Part shown: positions 29,951 to 40,406 of the stretch, one piece after another
How the letters are laid out: each line of letters starts with the position of its first letter
Position numbering within the stretch: position 1 is the stretch's first letter
Assembly (NCBI GenBank): GCA_958429025.1
Contig: CAUAIH010000009.1
Location: 2,665 to 66,664 of the forward strand
DNA: 64,000 nucleotides
DNA from: an uncultured Collinsella sp.
GTDB lineage: Bacteria > Actinomycetota > Coriobacteriia > Coriobacteriales > Coriobacteriaceae
Reading direction: 5' to 3'
Translations under genes and position numbers: made by a program
The notes under the pieces: model-generated
Databases searched by the model: none
What the model was told of the DNA's origin: nothing
The model's input: only the letters and a program-made list of their open reading frames with translations

Positions 29951-31711
29951 ATGGAATCGATCGTTAAGTTCTTGGAGAAAGGTCAGCCGTACTTCGACAA
30001 GGTCTCTAAGAACATCTACCTTCAGGCCATTAAAGACGGCTTTTTGGCAGCAATGCCCATCATCCTGTCTTCTTCTGTCTTCCTGCTTATTTCGACCCTG
30101 CCGGGCGTTGTCGCCACGGTCGGCGGCTTTACGCTGCCCGACTGGTGGAACGTCGACGTCGTGAACTTCTGCAACAAGGTTTACAACTTCACGATGGGCG
30201 TCGTGGGCATCATGGTCGCCGGCACCACCGCAAGCGCGCTGACCGGCTCCAAGAACCGCCGCATGCCTGCCGGCAAGGCCATCAACGCCACGAGCACCAT
30301 GGTCGCCGCCATGTGCGCTATGCTCATCTTGGCCGTTACCCAGACGAGTGCCAAGATCGACGGCGCCGATGTCTCGGTGTTCTTTACCGACAACATGGGC
30401 ACCAAGGGCCTACTGAGCTCCTTTGTCGCCGCATTTGCCACGGTCAACATCTATGCCTTCTGCATTAAGCGAGACATCACCATCAAGCTGCCCAAAGAAG
30501 TCCCCGGCGCCATCGCCCAGAACTTCCGCGACATCTTCGCCTTCAGCTTCTCCATCCTGTTTGTCGCCGTCATCGACGTTATCTGCCGCACCTGCTTGGC
30601 CGTCCCGTTTGCCAACGTCATCTCCACGCTGGTGAGCCCGCTGTTCGCCGCTGCCGATTCCTACGCCGGCCTCGCCCTCATCTGGTTCATGATCCCGCTG
30701 TTCTGGTTCATGGGCATCCACGGCCCCTCGGTCGTTAAGCCTGCCCTCAACGCCGCGCTGTTTGGCAACATCACCACCAACCTCGCCACGCTGCAGGCCG
30801 GCGGTCACCCCGCCCTCGCCCTGACCGAGAACTTCGGTAACTACATCGGCGAACTCGGCGGCACCGGCGCCACGTTCATTGTCCCGATCATCTTCCTGCT
30901 CTTTATGCGCTCCAAGCAGCTCAAGGCCGTCGGCAAAGCCTCTGTCGTACCCGTGATGTTCGCCGTCAACGAACCGCTGCTGTTCGCCGCGCCCATCATC
31001 CTCAACCCGTACTTCCTGATCCCGTTCCTGTTTGCCCCCGTGGCCAACGTCCTCATTGGTAAGTTCTTCATCGACTTTTTGGGCATGAACGGCTTTATCT
31101 ATGCCATGCCGTGGGCACTCCCCGGACCGATCGGCACCTTCATCGACACCAACTTCCAGCCGATCTCTCTGGTCCTGGTTGTCGTCCTGCTGGTCGTTGA
31201 CTTCTTAATCTACTACCCGTTCTGCAAGGCCTACGACAACGTCCTGTGCAAGCAGGAGGCCGAGACCCTGGCCGAAGAAGAGGCCGAGGAGACCAAGGCC
31301 GTCAAGACCGCTGCCGCCCCCGCCGTTGAGGCTCCTGTTGTCGAGACCGCTTCTGCCACTGAGGCCTCCGCAGCTCCGTCCGCCCTTAAGGGCAAGGATC
31401 TGAGGGTTCTGGTTCTGTGCGCTGGCGCCGGCACCTCTGCACTGCTCGCCAACGCGCTTAAGGAAGGCGCCGACGAGCTGGGCATCGACATTACCGCCAA
31501 CGCCGGTGCCTACGGCAGCCACTACGCCATCATGGACCAGTACAACGTCATCGTCCTGGCTCCGCAGGTTCGCACCTATTACAACGAGATGAAGGCCGAC
31601 ACCGACCGCCTGGGCATCACGCTGCTGTCGCCCAAGGGCAAACAGTACATCGACCTCACTAAGGATCCCAAGGGTGCCGTCGCCTGGATCGAGGAAAACC
31701 TCGAGGCATAA
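29951..31711 (+). CDS. lacE: PTS lactose-type EIICB (copy 2)
   Basis: 'YLQAIKDGF', 'FWFMGIHGPS', 'NEPLLF', 'VLVLCAGAGTS'. Confidence 0.9.
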   Translation: MESIVKFLEKGQPYFDKVSKNIYLQAIKDGFLAAMPIILSSSVFLLISTLPGVVATVGGFTLPDWWNVDVVNFCNKVYNFTMGVVGIMVAGTTASALTGSKNRRMPAGKAINATSTMVAAMCAMLILAVTQTSAKIDGADVSVFFTDNMGTKGLLSSFVAAFATVNIYAFCIKRDITIKLPKEVPGAIAQNFRDIFAFSFSILFVAVIDVICRTCLAVPFANVISTLVSPLFAAADSYAGLALIWFMIPLFWFMGIHGPSVVKPALNAALFGNITTNLATLQAGGHPALALTENFGNYIGELGGTGATFIVPIIFLLFMRSKQLKAVGKASVVPVMFAVNEPLLFAAPIILNPYFLIPFLFAPVANVLIGKFFIDFLGMNGFIYAMPWALPGPIGTFIDTNFQPISLVLVVVLLVVDFLIYYPFCKAYDNVLCKQEAETLAEEEAEETKAVKTAAAPAVEAPVVETASATEASAAPSALKGKDLRVLVLCAGAGTSALLANALKEGADELGIDITANAGAYGSHYAIMDQYNVIVLAPQVRTYYNEMKADTDRLGITLLSPKGKQYIDLTKDPKGAVAWIEENLEA

Positions 31712-31742
31712 GACGCTGACGCCACCTGCCGCTCGCAGAAAA

Positions 31743-31783
31743 AAAATGGCCCGTGCATCGATGCGTGATGCGCGGGCCATTTT
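31743..31783 (+). terminator. Intrinsic terminator after lacE2
   Basis: AAAATGGCCCG...CGGGCCATTTT hairpin. Confidence 0.7.
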
Positions 31784-31806
31784 GTTTAGACCGCACCCGT
31801 CCTCCT

Positions 31807-32111
31807 GTTCATCTTAATCTGTAACATCTAGCCGAGTTTTTGGGTCCCAGCTGTTACAGATCGAGGTGAACGCACAGGCCAAGCCAAAAATCTCAATCTG
31901 TAACATGTAGACCGCTTTTGACCGCTTAGATGTTACAGATCGAGACAAACAGATGGGTCAATCCAATCAATCTAGATCTGTAACACCTGGCTGGTCATTT
32001 CACTCCTAACTGTTACAGATCGAGACAAAGATGATGGCTGGGTAGACAAAATCTCAATCTATAACACCTAGTCGAGTTTTCGGGTCCCACCTGTTACAGA
32101 TTTAGACGAGC
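31807..32111. repeat. TGTAACA-N25-TGTTACA palindromic repeat array B (4 units)
   Basis: Left half-sites at 31820, 31899, 31979 and 32060 (period 79-81 bp). Confidence 0.9.
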
Positions 32112-32124
32112 AGGCCGAGCACGT

Positions 32125-33126
32125 CTACGCCCGCAAGTCCTTTACGCTGGAACGCTCGACCAGCACACCCGAGACGAGCGTACGGCTTCTGGAGCTCGGG
32201 GCTTCCAGACCTGCGACGACCTCGTTAAGCGCACGGACGCCCAGCTCGCGGTGGCGGAACTTCACCGACGTCAGAATCGAGTTGGGAATCGTCTTGTAGA
32301 GCTCATCGTCGAAGCCGATCACGGACACGTCGTCGGGCACACTGAGCCCTTTGTCACGTAAAGCCATCATCACGCCGTTTGCCATGCAGTCGTTAGCCGC
32401 GAGGACCGCCGTGCAATCGGGTTTATCGGCAAGCACAAGGCCCGCAGCATAGCCACTATCCGCATTCCAATCGCCTTGCAGGGGCGCGGGCGGCTCAATG
32501 CCACGCGTCTCGAGTGCCGCACGCCAACCTTTCATACGGCACTGGCTCGACAGCGACTCTTTCTTACCAGAGACGAAGTACACATTCTTGTGTCCGCGAT
32601 TCAAGAAGTACTCGCATGCCATGCGCGCGCCGCCCTCTTGGTCGTCACTGACGGTGGAGCAGGTAGGATGTTCCATCGGTGTGATAATCACCGTCTTGAG
32701 GTCTTTCGGTGCCTCAAAAGTATCAAAGTCATCGACCATCTGACGCAGGTTGAAGATCATGCCATCAACAGGCAGCTGCGACATCCTACGCGCCGCTTCG
32801 GCAAGGGTCATCTTCTCCCCCGCCCGCTTTTTGATCATCGTGAGCGCAAAGCCGCGTTCTTCGGCGGCATCTGCGATACCGTCAATCATGTCCACGGCAC
32901 CGCCCGACAAGTGGAACAGCACCACGCCGATGCACCCGTAACGGCCCAACTTGAGCGAACGCGCGGCAAAGTTGGTTCGAAACCCGAGCGCTTCCATTGC
33001 GGAATGGACCTTATCGCGTGTCGACTCTCGCACGCTACCGGGCTCGTTGATCACACGCGAAACCGTCTTGAGAGAAACACCCGCGGCAACTGCCACATCA
33101 TTCATTGAGACATTTTTCTTGTCCAT
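32125..33126 (-). CDS. LacI-family regulator (module 3)
   Basis: 'MNDVAVAAGVSLKTVSRV'. Start chosen at MDKK (33126). Confidence 0.92.
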   Translation of the reverse strand: MDKKNVSMNDVAVAAGVSLKTVSRVINEPGSVRESTRDKVHSAMEALGFRTNFAARSLKLGRYGCIGVVLFHLSGGAVDMIDGIADAAEERGFALTMIKKRAGEKMTLAEAARRMSQLPVDGMIFNLRQMVDDFDTFEAPKDLKTVIITPMEHPTCSTVSDDQEGGARMACEYFLNRGHKNVYFVSGKKESLSSQCRMKGWRAALETRGIEPPAPLQGDWNADSGYAAGLVLADKPDCTAVLAANDCMANGVMMALRDKGLSVPDDVSVIGFDDELYKTIPNSILTSVKFRHRELGVRALNEVVAGLEAPSSRSRTLVSGVLVERSSVKDLRA

Positions 33127-33266
33127 CGTTGCCACTACTTCTCCAGTCGGTTCTCTATCGCTTGCTTTTTGCGTTCTAGCATACACTACCTGCCTGACTG
33201 ATAAATCAACCGTTTACCGGACAATATCGACCGCTCACCCGTATATCCTTGTTGCTCTTCCAAAAA

Positions 33267-33305
33267 TGTCTTACGTTGTCATTAACGAAATGACAACGTT
33301 GTCAT
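33267..33305. promoter_or_regulatory. LacI-type operators including the perfect palindrome ATGACAACGTTGTCAT
   Basis: 33290-33305 is a perfect palindrome; 33267-33282 is a degenerate copy. Confidence 0.78.
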
Positions 33306-33410
33306 TTCGCAATGCCTTCCTTAAGCAGGAAGGTTTCCGGGCAGTCCTGACCATCCATCGACGACCAGTTCCATCCACATGCATCGCGCATCAAGTAGCA
33401 AAGGAGCTCT

Positions 33411-35189
33411 ATGGACGCCATCGTAAAGATGCTCGAAAAGCATCAACCGTTCTTTGAGAAGATCTCGAGGAACGTCTACCTCCAGGCCATTAAGGACGGA
33501 TTCCTTGGGTGCATGCCCATCGTCCTCACCTCTTCGATCTTTCTGTTGATCGCCACCCTTCCTGGCGTAGTTGGCATCACGCTGCCCCAGCCGCTCATCG
33601 ACTGGTGCAACAAGCTGTACAACTTCACCATGGGCGTCATGGGCATCATGGTTGCCGGCACCACTGCCAAGAACTTCACGGCGTCCATGAACCGTCGCAT
33701 GCCCGCCGGCAAGGTGCTCAACGACGGCTCCACTATGGTTGCCGCCCAGTGCAGCATGCTGCTGCTCGCTGTTACGCAGTTCACCACCAAGTTCAACGGC
33801 TCCGAGCTTTCGGTCTTCGATTGCACCAGCATGGGCACGCGCGGTCTGTTCTCGGCCTATATCGCCGCGTTCATTACCGTGTGGGTCTATAAGTTCTGCG
33901 TCTCGCGCGATCTGACCATTAAGCTGCCCAAGGAGGTTCCGGGCGCCATCGCTCAGAACTTCCGCGACATCATCCCCTTTGGCGGCGCTGTCATCATCTG
34001 CGGCATCATCGATGTTGTCGTGCGCAACCTCATGGGCGTTCCGTTCTCCGAGCTGCTCATCAAGCTGCTCTCCCCGCTCTTCACTGCGGCAGAAACCTAT
34101 CCTGGCCTTATCCTTATCCAGGCAGCCACCGCGTTCTTCTGGTTCATCGGCGTCCACGGCCCCTCGATCGTCCAGCCGGGCATCGACCCCATCCGTCTTG
34201 CCAACCAGGCCGAGAACCTGCAGGTTCTGCTGGCAGGTGGCCACCCCGCCCACTCCCTCACCTTTAACATGTCGCTCGTGGGTGAGTTCGGCGGCACCGG
34301 CGCCACGTTCATCGTGCCGCTTCTGCTGATTCTCTTTATGAAGTCCAAGCAGCTCAAAGCCGTCGGTAAGGCCTCGATTGTTCCTGTTGCCTTCGCAGTC
34401 AACGAACCGCTGCTCTTTGGCGCACCGATGATCCTTAACCCTTACATGCTCATCCCCTTTGTTGCCGCCGGCTGCGTCAACGTAAGCGTTGCCAAGTTCT
34501 TTATCGACAACGTGGGTATGAACGGCTTCTCCTTCGTGGTGCCTTGGGCCACCCCTGCCCCCATCGGCATTTTCATCACCACGAACTTCCAGCTTATCGC
34601 CCTGGTATTTGTCGCGATCATCATCTTGCTGGACGCCATCATCTACCTGCCGTTCTTGAAGGCATACGATAAGCTGCTCTGCGACCAGGAAGCCGAGCGC
34701 GCCGCCGAGCTGGGTCTCGAGTCCGATGGTGCTGCCACCATCGCCGCCAGCACCTCTGCGCCCGCTGTCGAGCAGGCCACCGCTGCCGTCGAGCCGACCG
34801 CCGCTGCCGCTGACAGCAAGCCTGTCGCCGATCAGCCCGAGCCCGCTGCCGATGCATCCGCTAAGAAGGATGTCGACGGTCTGAAGGTCCTCGTCCTGTG
34901 CGCCGGCGCCGGCACCTCTGCCATGCTTGCCAACGCCATCAAGGAAGGTGCCGCGCAGACCGGAGAGAACATCGCTTCCTCCGCAGGCGCCTATGGCCAG
35001 CACACTGCCATCATGGATCAGTACGACGTTATCGTGCTTGCCCCGCAGGTCCGTAGCTACTACAACGACATGAAGGCCGACACCGATCGCCTGGGCATTA
35101 AGCTGCTCGCCCCGCGCGGTAAGGAATATATCGACCTTACTCGCGACCCCGCTGGCGCCATCAAGTGGCTCCGCGAGAACCTCGACTAG
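33411..35189 (+). CDS. lacE: PTS lactose-type EIICB (copy 3)
   Basis: Same motifs as copies 1-2; 'VLVLCAGAGTS'. Confidence 0.9.
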   Translation: MDAIVKMLEKHQPFFEKISRNVYLQAIKDGFLGCMPIVLTSSIFLLIATLPGVVGITLPQPLIDWCNKLYNFTMGVMGIMVAGTTAKNFTASMNRRMPAGKVLNDGSTMVAAQCSMLLLAVTQFTTKFNGSELSVFDCTSMGTRGLFSAYIAAFITVWVYKFCVSRDLTIKLPKEVPGAIAQNFRDIIPFGGAVIICGIIDVVVRNLMGVPFSELLIKLLSPLFTAAETYPGLILIQAATAFFWFIGVHGPSIVQPGIDPIRLANQAENLQVLLAGGHPAHSLTFNMSLVGEFGGTGATFIVPLLLILFMKSKQLKAVGKASIVPVAFAVNEPLLFGAPMILNPYMLIPFVAAGCVNVSVAKFFIDNVGMNGFSFVVPWATPAPIGIFITTNFQLIALVFVAIIILLDAIIYLPFLKAYDKLLCDQEAERAAELGLESDGAATIAASTSAPAVEQATAAVEPTAAAADSKPVADQPEPAADASAKKDVDGLKVLVLCAGAGTSAMLANAIKEGAAQTGENIASSAGAYGQHTAIMDQYDVIVLAPQVRSYYNDMKADTDRLGIKLLAPRGKEYIDLTRDPAGAIKWLRENLD

Positions 35190-35265
35190 GTTCCTCCCTC
35201 TGTTGGTGCCCGGATCCCCAGTTCGGGCACCTCTCCCTATTCGAATCCCACAGAAAGGATGACTC

Positions 35266-36687
35266 ATGACCAACCCCATGCAGTTCCCCGACGGCTTTGT
35301 GTTTGGCGGCGCCACCGCCGCTTACCAGGTTGAAGGCGAGACCCGCACGCACGGCAAGGGCAAAGTGCCCTGGGACGATTTCCTGGCAGCTCAGGGTCGC
35401 TTCTCCCCCGATCCCGCAAGCGATTTCTACAACAAGTACCCGGTCGATATCGACCTGTGCCAGCGCTTCGGCATCAACGGTATCCGCGTCTCCATCGCTT
35501 GGAGCCGCATCTTCCCCAACGGCACTGGCGAGATCAACCACGAGGGTGTCGCCTTCTATCATGAGCTTTTCGCCACCTGCAACAAAGCCGGCGTTATCCC
35601 CTATGTCACGCTCGATCACTTTGATACGCCCGAGGCCTTTTACCAGGACGGCGGCGAGGGCTTCCTGACGCGCACGACGATCGACGCCTTTGTCGAGTAC
35701 GCCAAGTTCTGCTTTGCCGAGTTCACCGAGGTCAAGCACTGGTTCACGTTTAACGAGATTCCCGCAACCGCCGAGGGCAGCTTTATCGTCGGCAACTGGC
35801 CGCACGGCGAGAAGTATCGCCTGGACAAGGCCTTCCAGCTCATGCACAACATGATGGTGGCCCACGCCAAGGCCGTCGTCGCCTTCCATGAGAGCGGCTT
35901 TGAGGGTGAGATCGGCATTGTCCAGAACCTGGAGCCCAAGTATCCCCTCGATCCCAACAACGCCGCCGACTGCGAGGCAGCTCGCATGGCCGACGTCATC
36001 AACAACCGCTGGGTACTCGACGCCACCTTCCGTGGCCACTATGCAGCCGACACCATGGAGGCTGCGACCAAGCTGGCCCATATCGCCGGCGGCGAGCTCG
36101 ACGTTCGTGACGAGGACGTCGCCGCGTTGACCGCCGCGCTCCCCTACAACGATTGCCTGGGCGTCAACACCTACAAGTGCCAGTTCCTGCGTGCCGCCGA
36201 GGGCGAAAACGACATCAACCACAATGGCACCGGCGACAAGGGCTCCTCGCGCTGGTTCCTCAAGGGCGTGGGCGAGTCATGCGTGCGCGAAGGCGTACCC
36301 ACCACCGATTGGGACTGGATCATCTATCCCGAGGGCCTCTACGACCTGCTGCTCCGCATTAAGAATGATTACCCCAACTACAAGAAGATCTACATCACCG
36401 AGAACGGCATGGGCTATAAGGACGACTTCGAGGACGGCTTTATCGACGACGCCCCCCGCATCGACTACATGCGTCAGCATCTCGCATGGATCCTCAAGGC
36501 AATCGACGGCGGCGTGAACGTCGACGGTTACTTTGTGTGGTCGCTGCAGGACCAGTTCTCCTGGACCAACGGCTACAACAAGCGCTACGGCCTGTTCTAC
36601 ATCGACTTCGAGACCCAGAAGCGCTATCCCAAGGCGAGCGCGTACTGGTACAAGAACGTCGCGGAGACCGGCCTGCTCATGGCCTAA
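35266..36687 (+). CDS. lacG: 6-phospho-beta-galactosidase, GH1 (copy 3)
   Basis: 'FGGATAAYQVEG', 'TFNEI', 'ITENG'. Confidence 0.92.
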   Translation: MTNPMQFPDGFVFGGATAAYQVEGETRTHGKGKVPWDDFLAAQGRFSPDPASDFYNKYPVDIDLCQRFGINGIRVSIAWSRIFPNGTGEINHEGVAFYHELFATCNKAGVIPYVTLDHFDTPEAFYQDGGEGFLTRTTIDAFVEYAKFCFAEFTEVKHWFTFNEIPATAEGSFIVGNWPHGEKYRLDKAFQLMHNMMVAHAKAVVAFHESGFEGEIGIVQNLEPKYPLDPNNAADCEAARMADVINNRWVLDATFRGHYAADTMEAATKLAHIAGGELDVRDEDVAALTAALPYNDCLGVNTYKCQFLRAAEGENDINHNGTGDKGSSRWFLKGVGESCVREGVPTTDWDWIIYPEGLYDLLLRIKNDYPNYKKIYITENGMGYKDDFEDGFIDDAPRIDYMRQHLAWILKAIDGGVNVDGYFVWSLQDQFSWTNGYNKRYGLFYIDFETQKRYPKASAYWYKNVAETGLLMA

Positions 36688-36709
36688 CTTTTGCCGCATA
36701 CCCCCTGTC

Positions 36710-36751
36710 GGCCGCATACGAATCCCCCACGGGTTCGTATGCGGCCTTTTT
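36710..36751 (+). terminator. Intrinsic terminator after lacG3
   Basis: GGCCGCATACGAA / TTCGTATGCGGCC stem plus T-run. Confidence 0.78.
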
Positions 36752-36774
36752 GTTTTTAACCGAGCCGCGCCGCA

Positions 36775-37000
36775 CGTTTGTCTAAATCTGTAACATCTAG
36801 CCGAGTATTTCGGCCCTAGCTGTTACAGATTTAGACGAACGGGTGGCCCGGGCCGAACAATCTCGATCTGTAACATGTAGACAACTTTTGACCGTCTAGA
36901 TGTTACAGATCGAGACAAACGCCACAGGTCAATCCCTTTAATCTCAATCTGTAACATCTAGCCGAGTTTTTCGATCCCAACTGTTACAGATTGAGACGAT
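36775..37000. repeat. TGTAACA-N25-TGTTACA palindromic repeat array C (3 units)
   Basis: Three units of the same family, seen directly. Confidence 0.9.
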
Positions 37001-37064
37001 TCGACGGTATCGTCCGCATGGACACACCGTGGTACAATTGTGTCCCAACACAAAGGAGGTACCC

Positions 37065-37331
37065 ATGTCAGCTTGTGTGCCCGTCCGAGATATGAAGGAC
37101 ACTGCTGCATTCACTACGCTTGTTGAGTCTGAGCGCGACGTCACCGTAACTAAAAACGGCTACGAGGCCATGCACTGCATCAGCAGCGACCAGTATCGCC
37201 TCATGCAAGAAGAAATCGCCAAGGCAAAATTGCTGTCTCGTATGATGTTGGCAGAAGACGAAATATCGCAAGGCGACTACAGCGATTACGAATCCTTCGC
37301 GGCTTCGATACGAGACAAATATGACCTATAA
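37065..37331 (+). CDS. Type II antitoxin, Phd/YefM family
   Basis: 'VPVRDMKDTAAF...VTVTKNGY'. AAGGAGGT RBS; overlaps the toxin start. Confidence 0.85.
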   Translation: MSACVPVRDMKDTAAFTTLVESERDVTVTKNGYEAMHCISSDQYRLMQEEIAKAKLLSRMMLAEDEISQGDYSDYESFAASIRDKYDL

Positions 37332-37626
37332 CGTCGTAATCCTCAAAAGCGCGCGATATGAGTTCGAGAGTATCGTCGGATACCTTGCTCAAATCCTTAA
37401 GAATCCGCGTGTAGCAGGCAATTTTGTCGCTGAGTTTGAATATCAGCTTGATCTGCTTCGCGAGCAGCCGCTCCTACGTCCCCTCTCGCACATGCAAGAG
37501 CTGGCGGCACGTAATTACCGATCGTTTCCCGTCAACAACTACGTGTGCCTTTACAAGTTTGAGCACGAAACAATCTATATCGCCCACATCTTTCATCAGT
37601 CACAGGACTACGCCCGCCTGGTCTAG
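37321..37626 (+). CDS. Type II toxin, RelE/ParE family
   Basis: 101 aa: 'YNVVILKSARYEFESIVGYLA...YRSFPVNNYVCLY...IYIAHIFHQSQDY'. Confidence 0.85.
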   Translation: MTYNVVILKSARYEFESIVGYLAQILKNPRVAGNFVAEFEYQLDLLREQPLLRPLSHMQELAARNYRSFPVNNYVCLYKFEHETIYIAHIFHQSQDYARLV

Positions 37627-37796
37627 CCCACAAGCTGAATACTTGGCCCGAGCGCATTTGCGCGTCAAATCGCGTCACGTTGACACGTAAAATGACGCGC
37701 AAAATTGCGTTTTTACTTATACGTGTCATTTTGCGCGTCATTGTGAAGCGGTACCCCCGCGCCGGCAGGGGGCAGAAGTATCACCTGCAGCGTTAG

Positions 37797-38193
37797 CTAG
37801 CAGATGACCCGCTTGTGTTCCTCGATGGCGACACGGTCCTCGGCGGAGATGCTCGGCTCACATACCACGGCGTCCAGGCTGTCCAGGCGGCAGAAAGTGT
37901 AGAAGTCGCGCCTGCCGATCTTGCTGAAGTCGGCGATGAGGTAGCGCGTATCGGCCTTGCTAAAGGCGAGCTGCTGGATGCGGCCCTCTTCCATGTTAGA
38001 CGTGGACACGTCGCCGTCCAAAATGCCGTTGGCACCGATAAACGCCGCGTCGATGCCCAACGCACGCAAGGCATCCTCGGCCGTTGGCCCCACAAAAGCG
38101 GCGGTGCGGCGGCGGTACATGCCGCCCACCAGGCACAGCTCGCAATCCTCGCGCGCCTCGAGCAGGCTAAAGGCCGAAAGCGAACTGGTCACA
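37797..38193 (-). pseudogene. 3'-half remnant of a DeoR/LacR regulator (diverged duplicate of 42391-42787)
   Basis: Translation is nearly identical to the C-terminal half of the 42391..43155 protein. No HTH domain is present. Confidence 0.88.
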
Positions 38194-38354
38194 TAGATGG
38201 AAGGCAGCTTGTCGGTGACTCAGAGAGCGCCAATGCGATCTCACGACGGTTGCGCTCATTGTCTCAATTAGATACTCAACGAAATACGGCCCCGCAGCTC
38301 AATAAGCTGCGGGGCCGTACTATACACCGACGAATCAACGACGGAGTGCATCCA

Positions 38355-40049
38355 CTATTTGGCCAGCTCCTGAACGATCCAGTCAATTGCACCTTCGGGA
38401 TCGTTGGTAAGGTCGATATACTGCTTGCCCCTTGTGGTGAGCAGTTTAATTCCAAGGCGATCGGTATCGGCCTTCATAGCGTCATAGTACATGCGTGCCT
38501 GGGGCGCCAGAACAATCACGTTGTACTGATTCATCGTCTCATAGTGGCTTCCGTACGCACCGGACTGAGAAACCAGATCAATACCCTTAGCAGCGGCACC
38601 TTCGCGAAGAGCATTTGCCAAGAGAGTCGAAGTGCCGGCACCCTGGCAAAGCACAAGCACGCGGATCTGCTCCGCCTTGCTCTTTACCGCCTCCAGAGCT
38701 TTTGCCGCATTTTCTTGTGCGGCAATAGCATCTGCATCCGAGGTTCCTGCAGCTTCCTTTGCGGACTCCTCCAAACAAAGCTGATGGTCATACGCCTTGC
38801 AGAACGGATAGTAAATCACAAAGTCAACGACCAACAGCACTGCCATCAATACAAGAGAACGTAGATCAAGACCTGTGGTGAGAAATGCACCGATTGGGCC
38901 AGGAAGCGCCCACGGCATGGTATACATGGGGGCGTTCATTCCAATTACGTCAATGAAAAACTTACCGATTATGGCGTTGACCATAGGAGCCGCTAGGAAG
39001 GGCACGAACATATAGGGATTGAGAACAATCGGCATACCGAAGAGAACGGGCTCGTTAACTCCAAAAATCACCGGGATAATCGATGCCTTGCCCATGGCTT
39101 TAAGCTGCTTGGAACGCATAAACATGATCAGGATAATAGGAACGATGAACGTGCAACCAGAACCGCCCAGACCGCCGATGAAGCTTGTAAAGTCCTGCGT
39201 GAGAGCAATTGACGGGTGTCCACCTGCTTGGAAAACCTCAAGATTGGTAACGGTATTGCCGTAGAGCGCAGCATTGATCGGACTCATGACAACCGAAGCA
39301 CCGTGAATACCCATAAATTGGAAAAGTGCGACTGCACCTTCGATAAGCGCCATGCCAGGATAGGTGTCGACCGCGGAGAACAGCGGCGAGATTAGAGCAG
39401 ATACCAAATTGGCGAACGGCACAGCGAGCAGCGTACGGCTCGCGAGATCGATAACGGCGCACGCAATGATTGAAAACCCAAATGCAAAGATATCGCGAAA
39501 ACTCTGTGCAATAGCGCCAGGGACCTCTTTGGGGAGCTTGATCGTCACATTATGGCTAATGCACACCTTATAGATATTAACGGTCAAGAACGCGGATACG
39601 AACGCAGCGAGAAAACCCTTGGTTCCCATATAGCCGGTTTCAAAAACAGATGTATCTGCTCCGCCAATCGAGACAACATCATTCGTCACCGATAGCAAGA
39701 ACATGCCGCACATGGCACAAACCATGCACTAAGTGGGGTTGAGAGATTTGCCCGAAGGCATGCGGCGGTTCATCGACATGGCAAGTGAGCTCGCCGTGGT
39801 ACCGGCCACCATAATGCCAAGAAGCCCCATGGTATATGCATAGATTTTATTAAAGAAATCCAGCACCTCAGACGGAAGCGTGATGCCTACATAGGCAGGG
39901 AGCGTCGAAAGAAGAAGGAACAGGCTCGAGAACAGCACGATTGGCATATTCGAGAGAAAGCCATCCTTAATCGCCACCAGATAAATGTTCTTTGAGATTT
40001 TGTCGAAGAGAGCCTGGTGTTTTTCAAGGAATTTGACGATAGCGTCCAT
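38355..40049 (-). pseudogene. lacE: PTS lactose-type EIICB (copy 4) interrupted by an in-frame TAG at 39729-39731
   Basis: ORFs 39729..40064 and 38355..39725 are in the same frame: ...AAC CCC ACT TAG TGC ATG GTT... Paralogs lacE2 and lacE3 have Ser at this position (NATSTMV, NDGSTMV). Confidence 0.85.
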
Positions 40050-40406
40050 AACACATCCTTTCATGATTCCCGGGCACGTAACGATTTATCCGGACTCAAC
40101 CGTCGTCGTCCCCGTTTGTATCCGCTTATCGTAAGTGAATACGTTCTCGTGCGAAATGTAATATCATTTGCGCGATTTGTCATAACCAATTCTTTTTCCG
40201 CTGTGTCGATATGTCAAGAATTCAAATACTTATTCGGTGAACGGTAGTTGATTAATATAAGGTTTTCCCAGCTAAAGACTATTTTTTTCGAGCAGTACAA
40301 TAAGTTTGCAACCGTTCACCGATTGGATATAACATATTGAATATATTGTTGTAACAATATTAGAGACAATGTCACAAGCCTGTCGTTCTAGTCAAAGGAA
40401 GTAACA

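Noticed and set aside
31807..32111. CRISPR array interpretation of the TGTAACA repeats
   Set aside because: Units are ~60 bp and degenerate. The ~20-nt linkers resemble each other (AGGCCRAGCC or GGTCAATCC types) rather than being unique spacers. No cas genes are in the window.
33321..35315. Long antisense ORFs opposite lacE/lacG/gal/aga genes (e.g. 664 aa here)
   Set aside because: Expected mirror frames of GC-rich, codon-biased genes.
39729..39731. Programmed amber recoding (pyrrolysine) in lacE4
   Set aside because: The position is Ser in paralogs, no pyl genes are seen, and other genes here use TAG as a normal stop.
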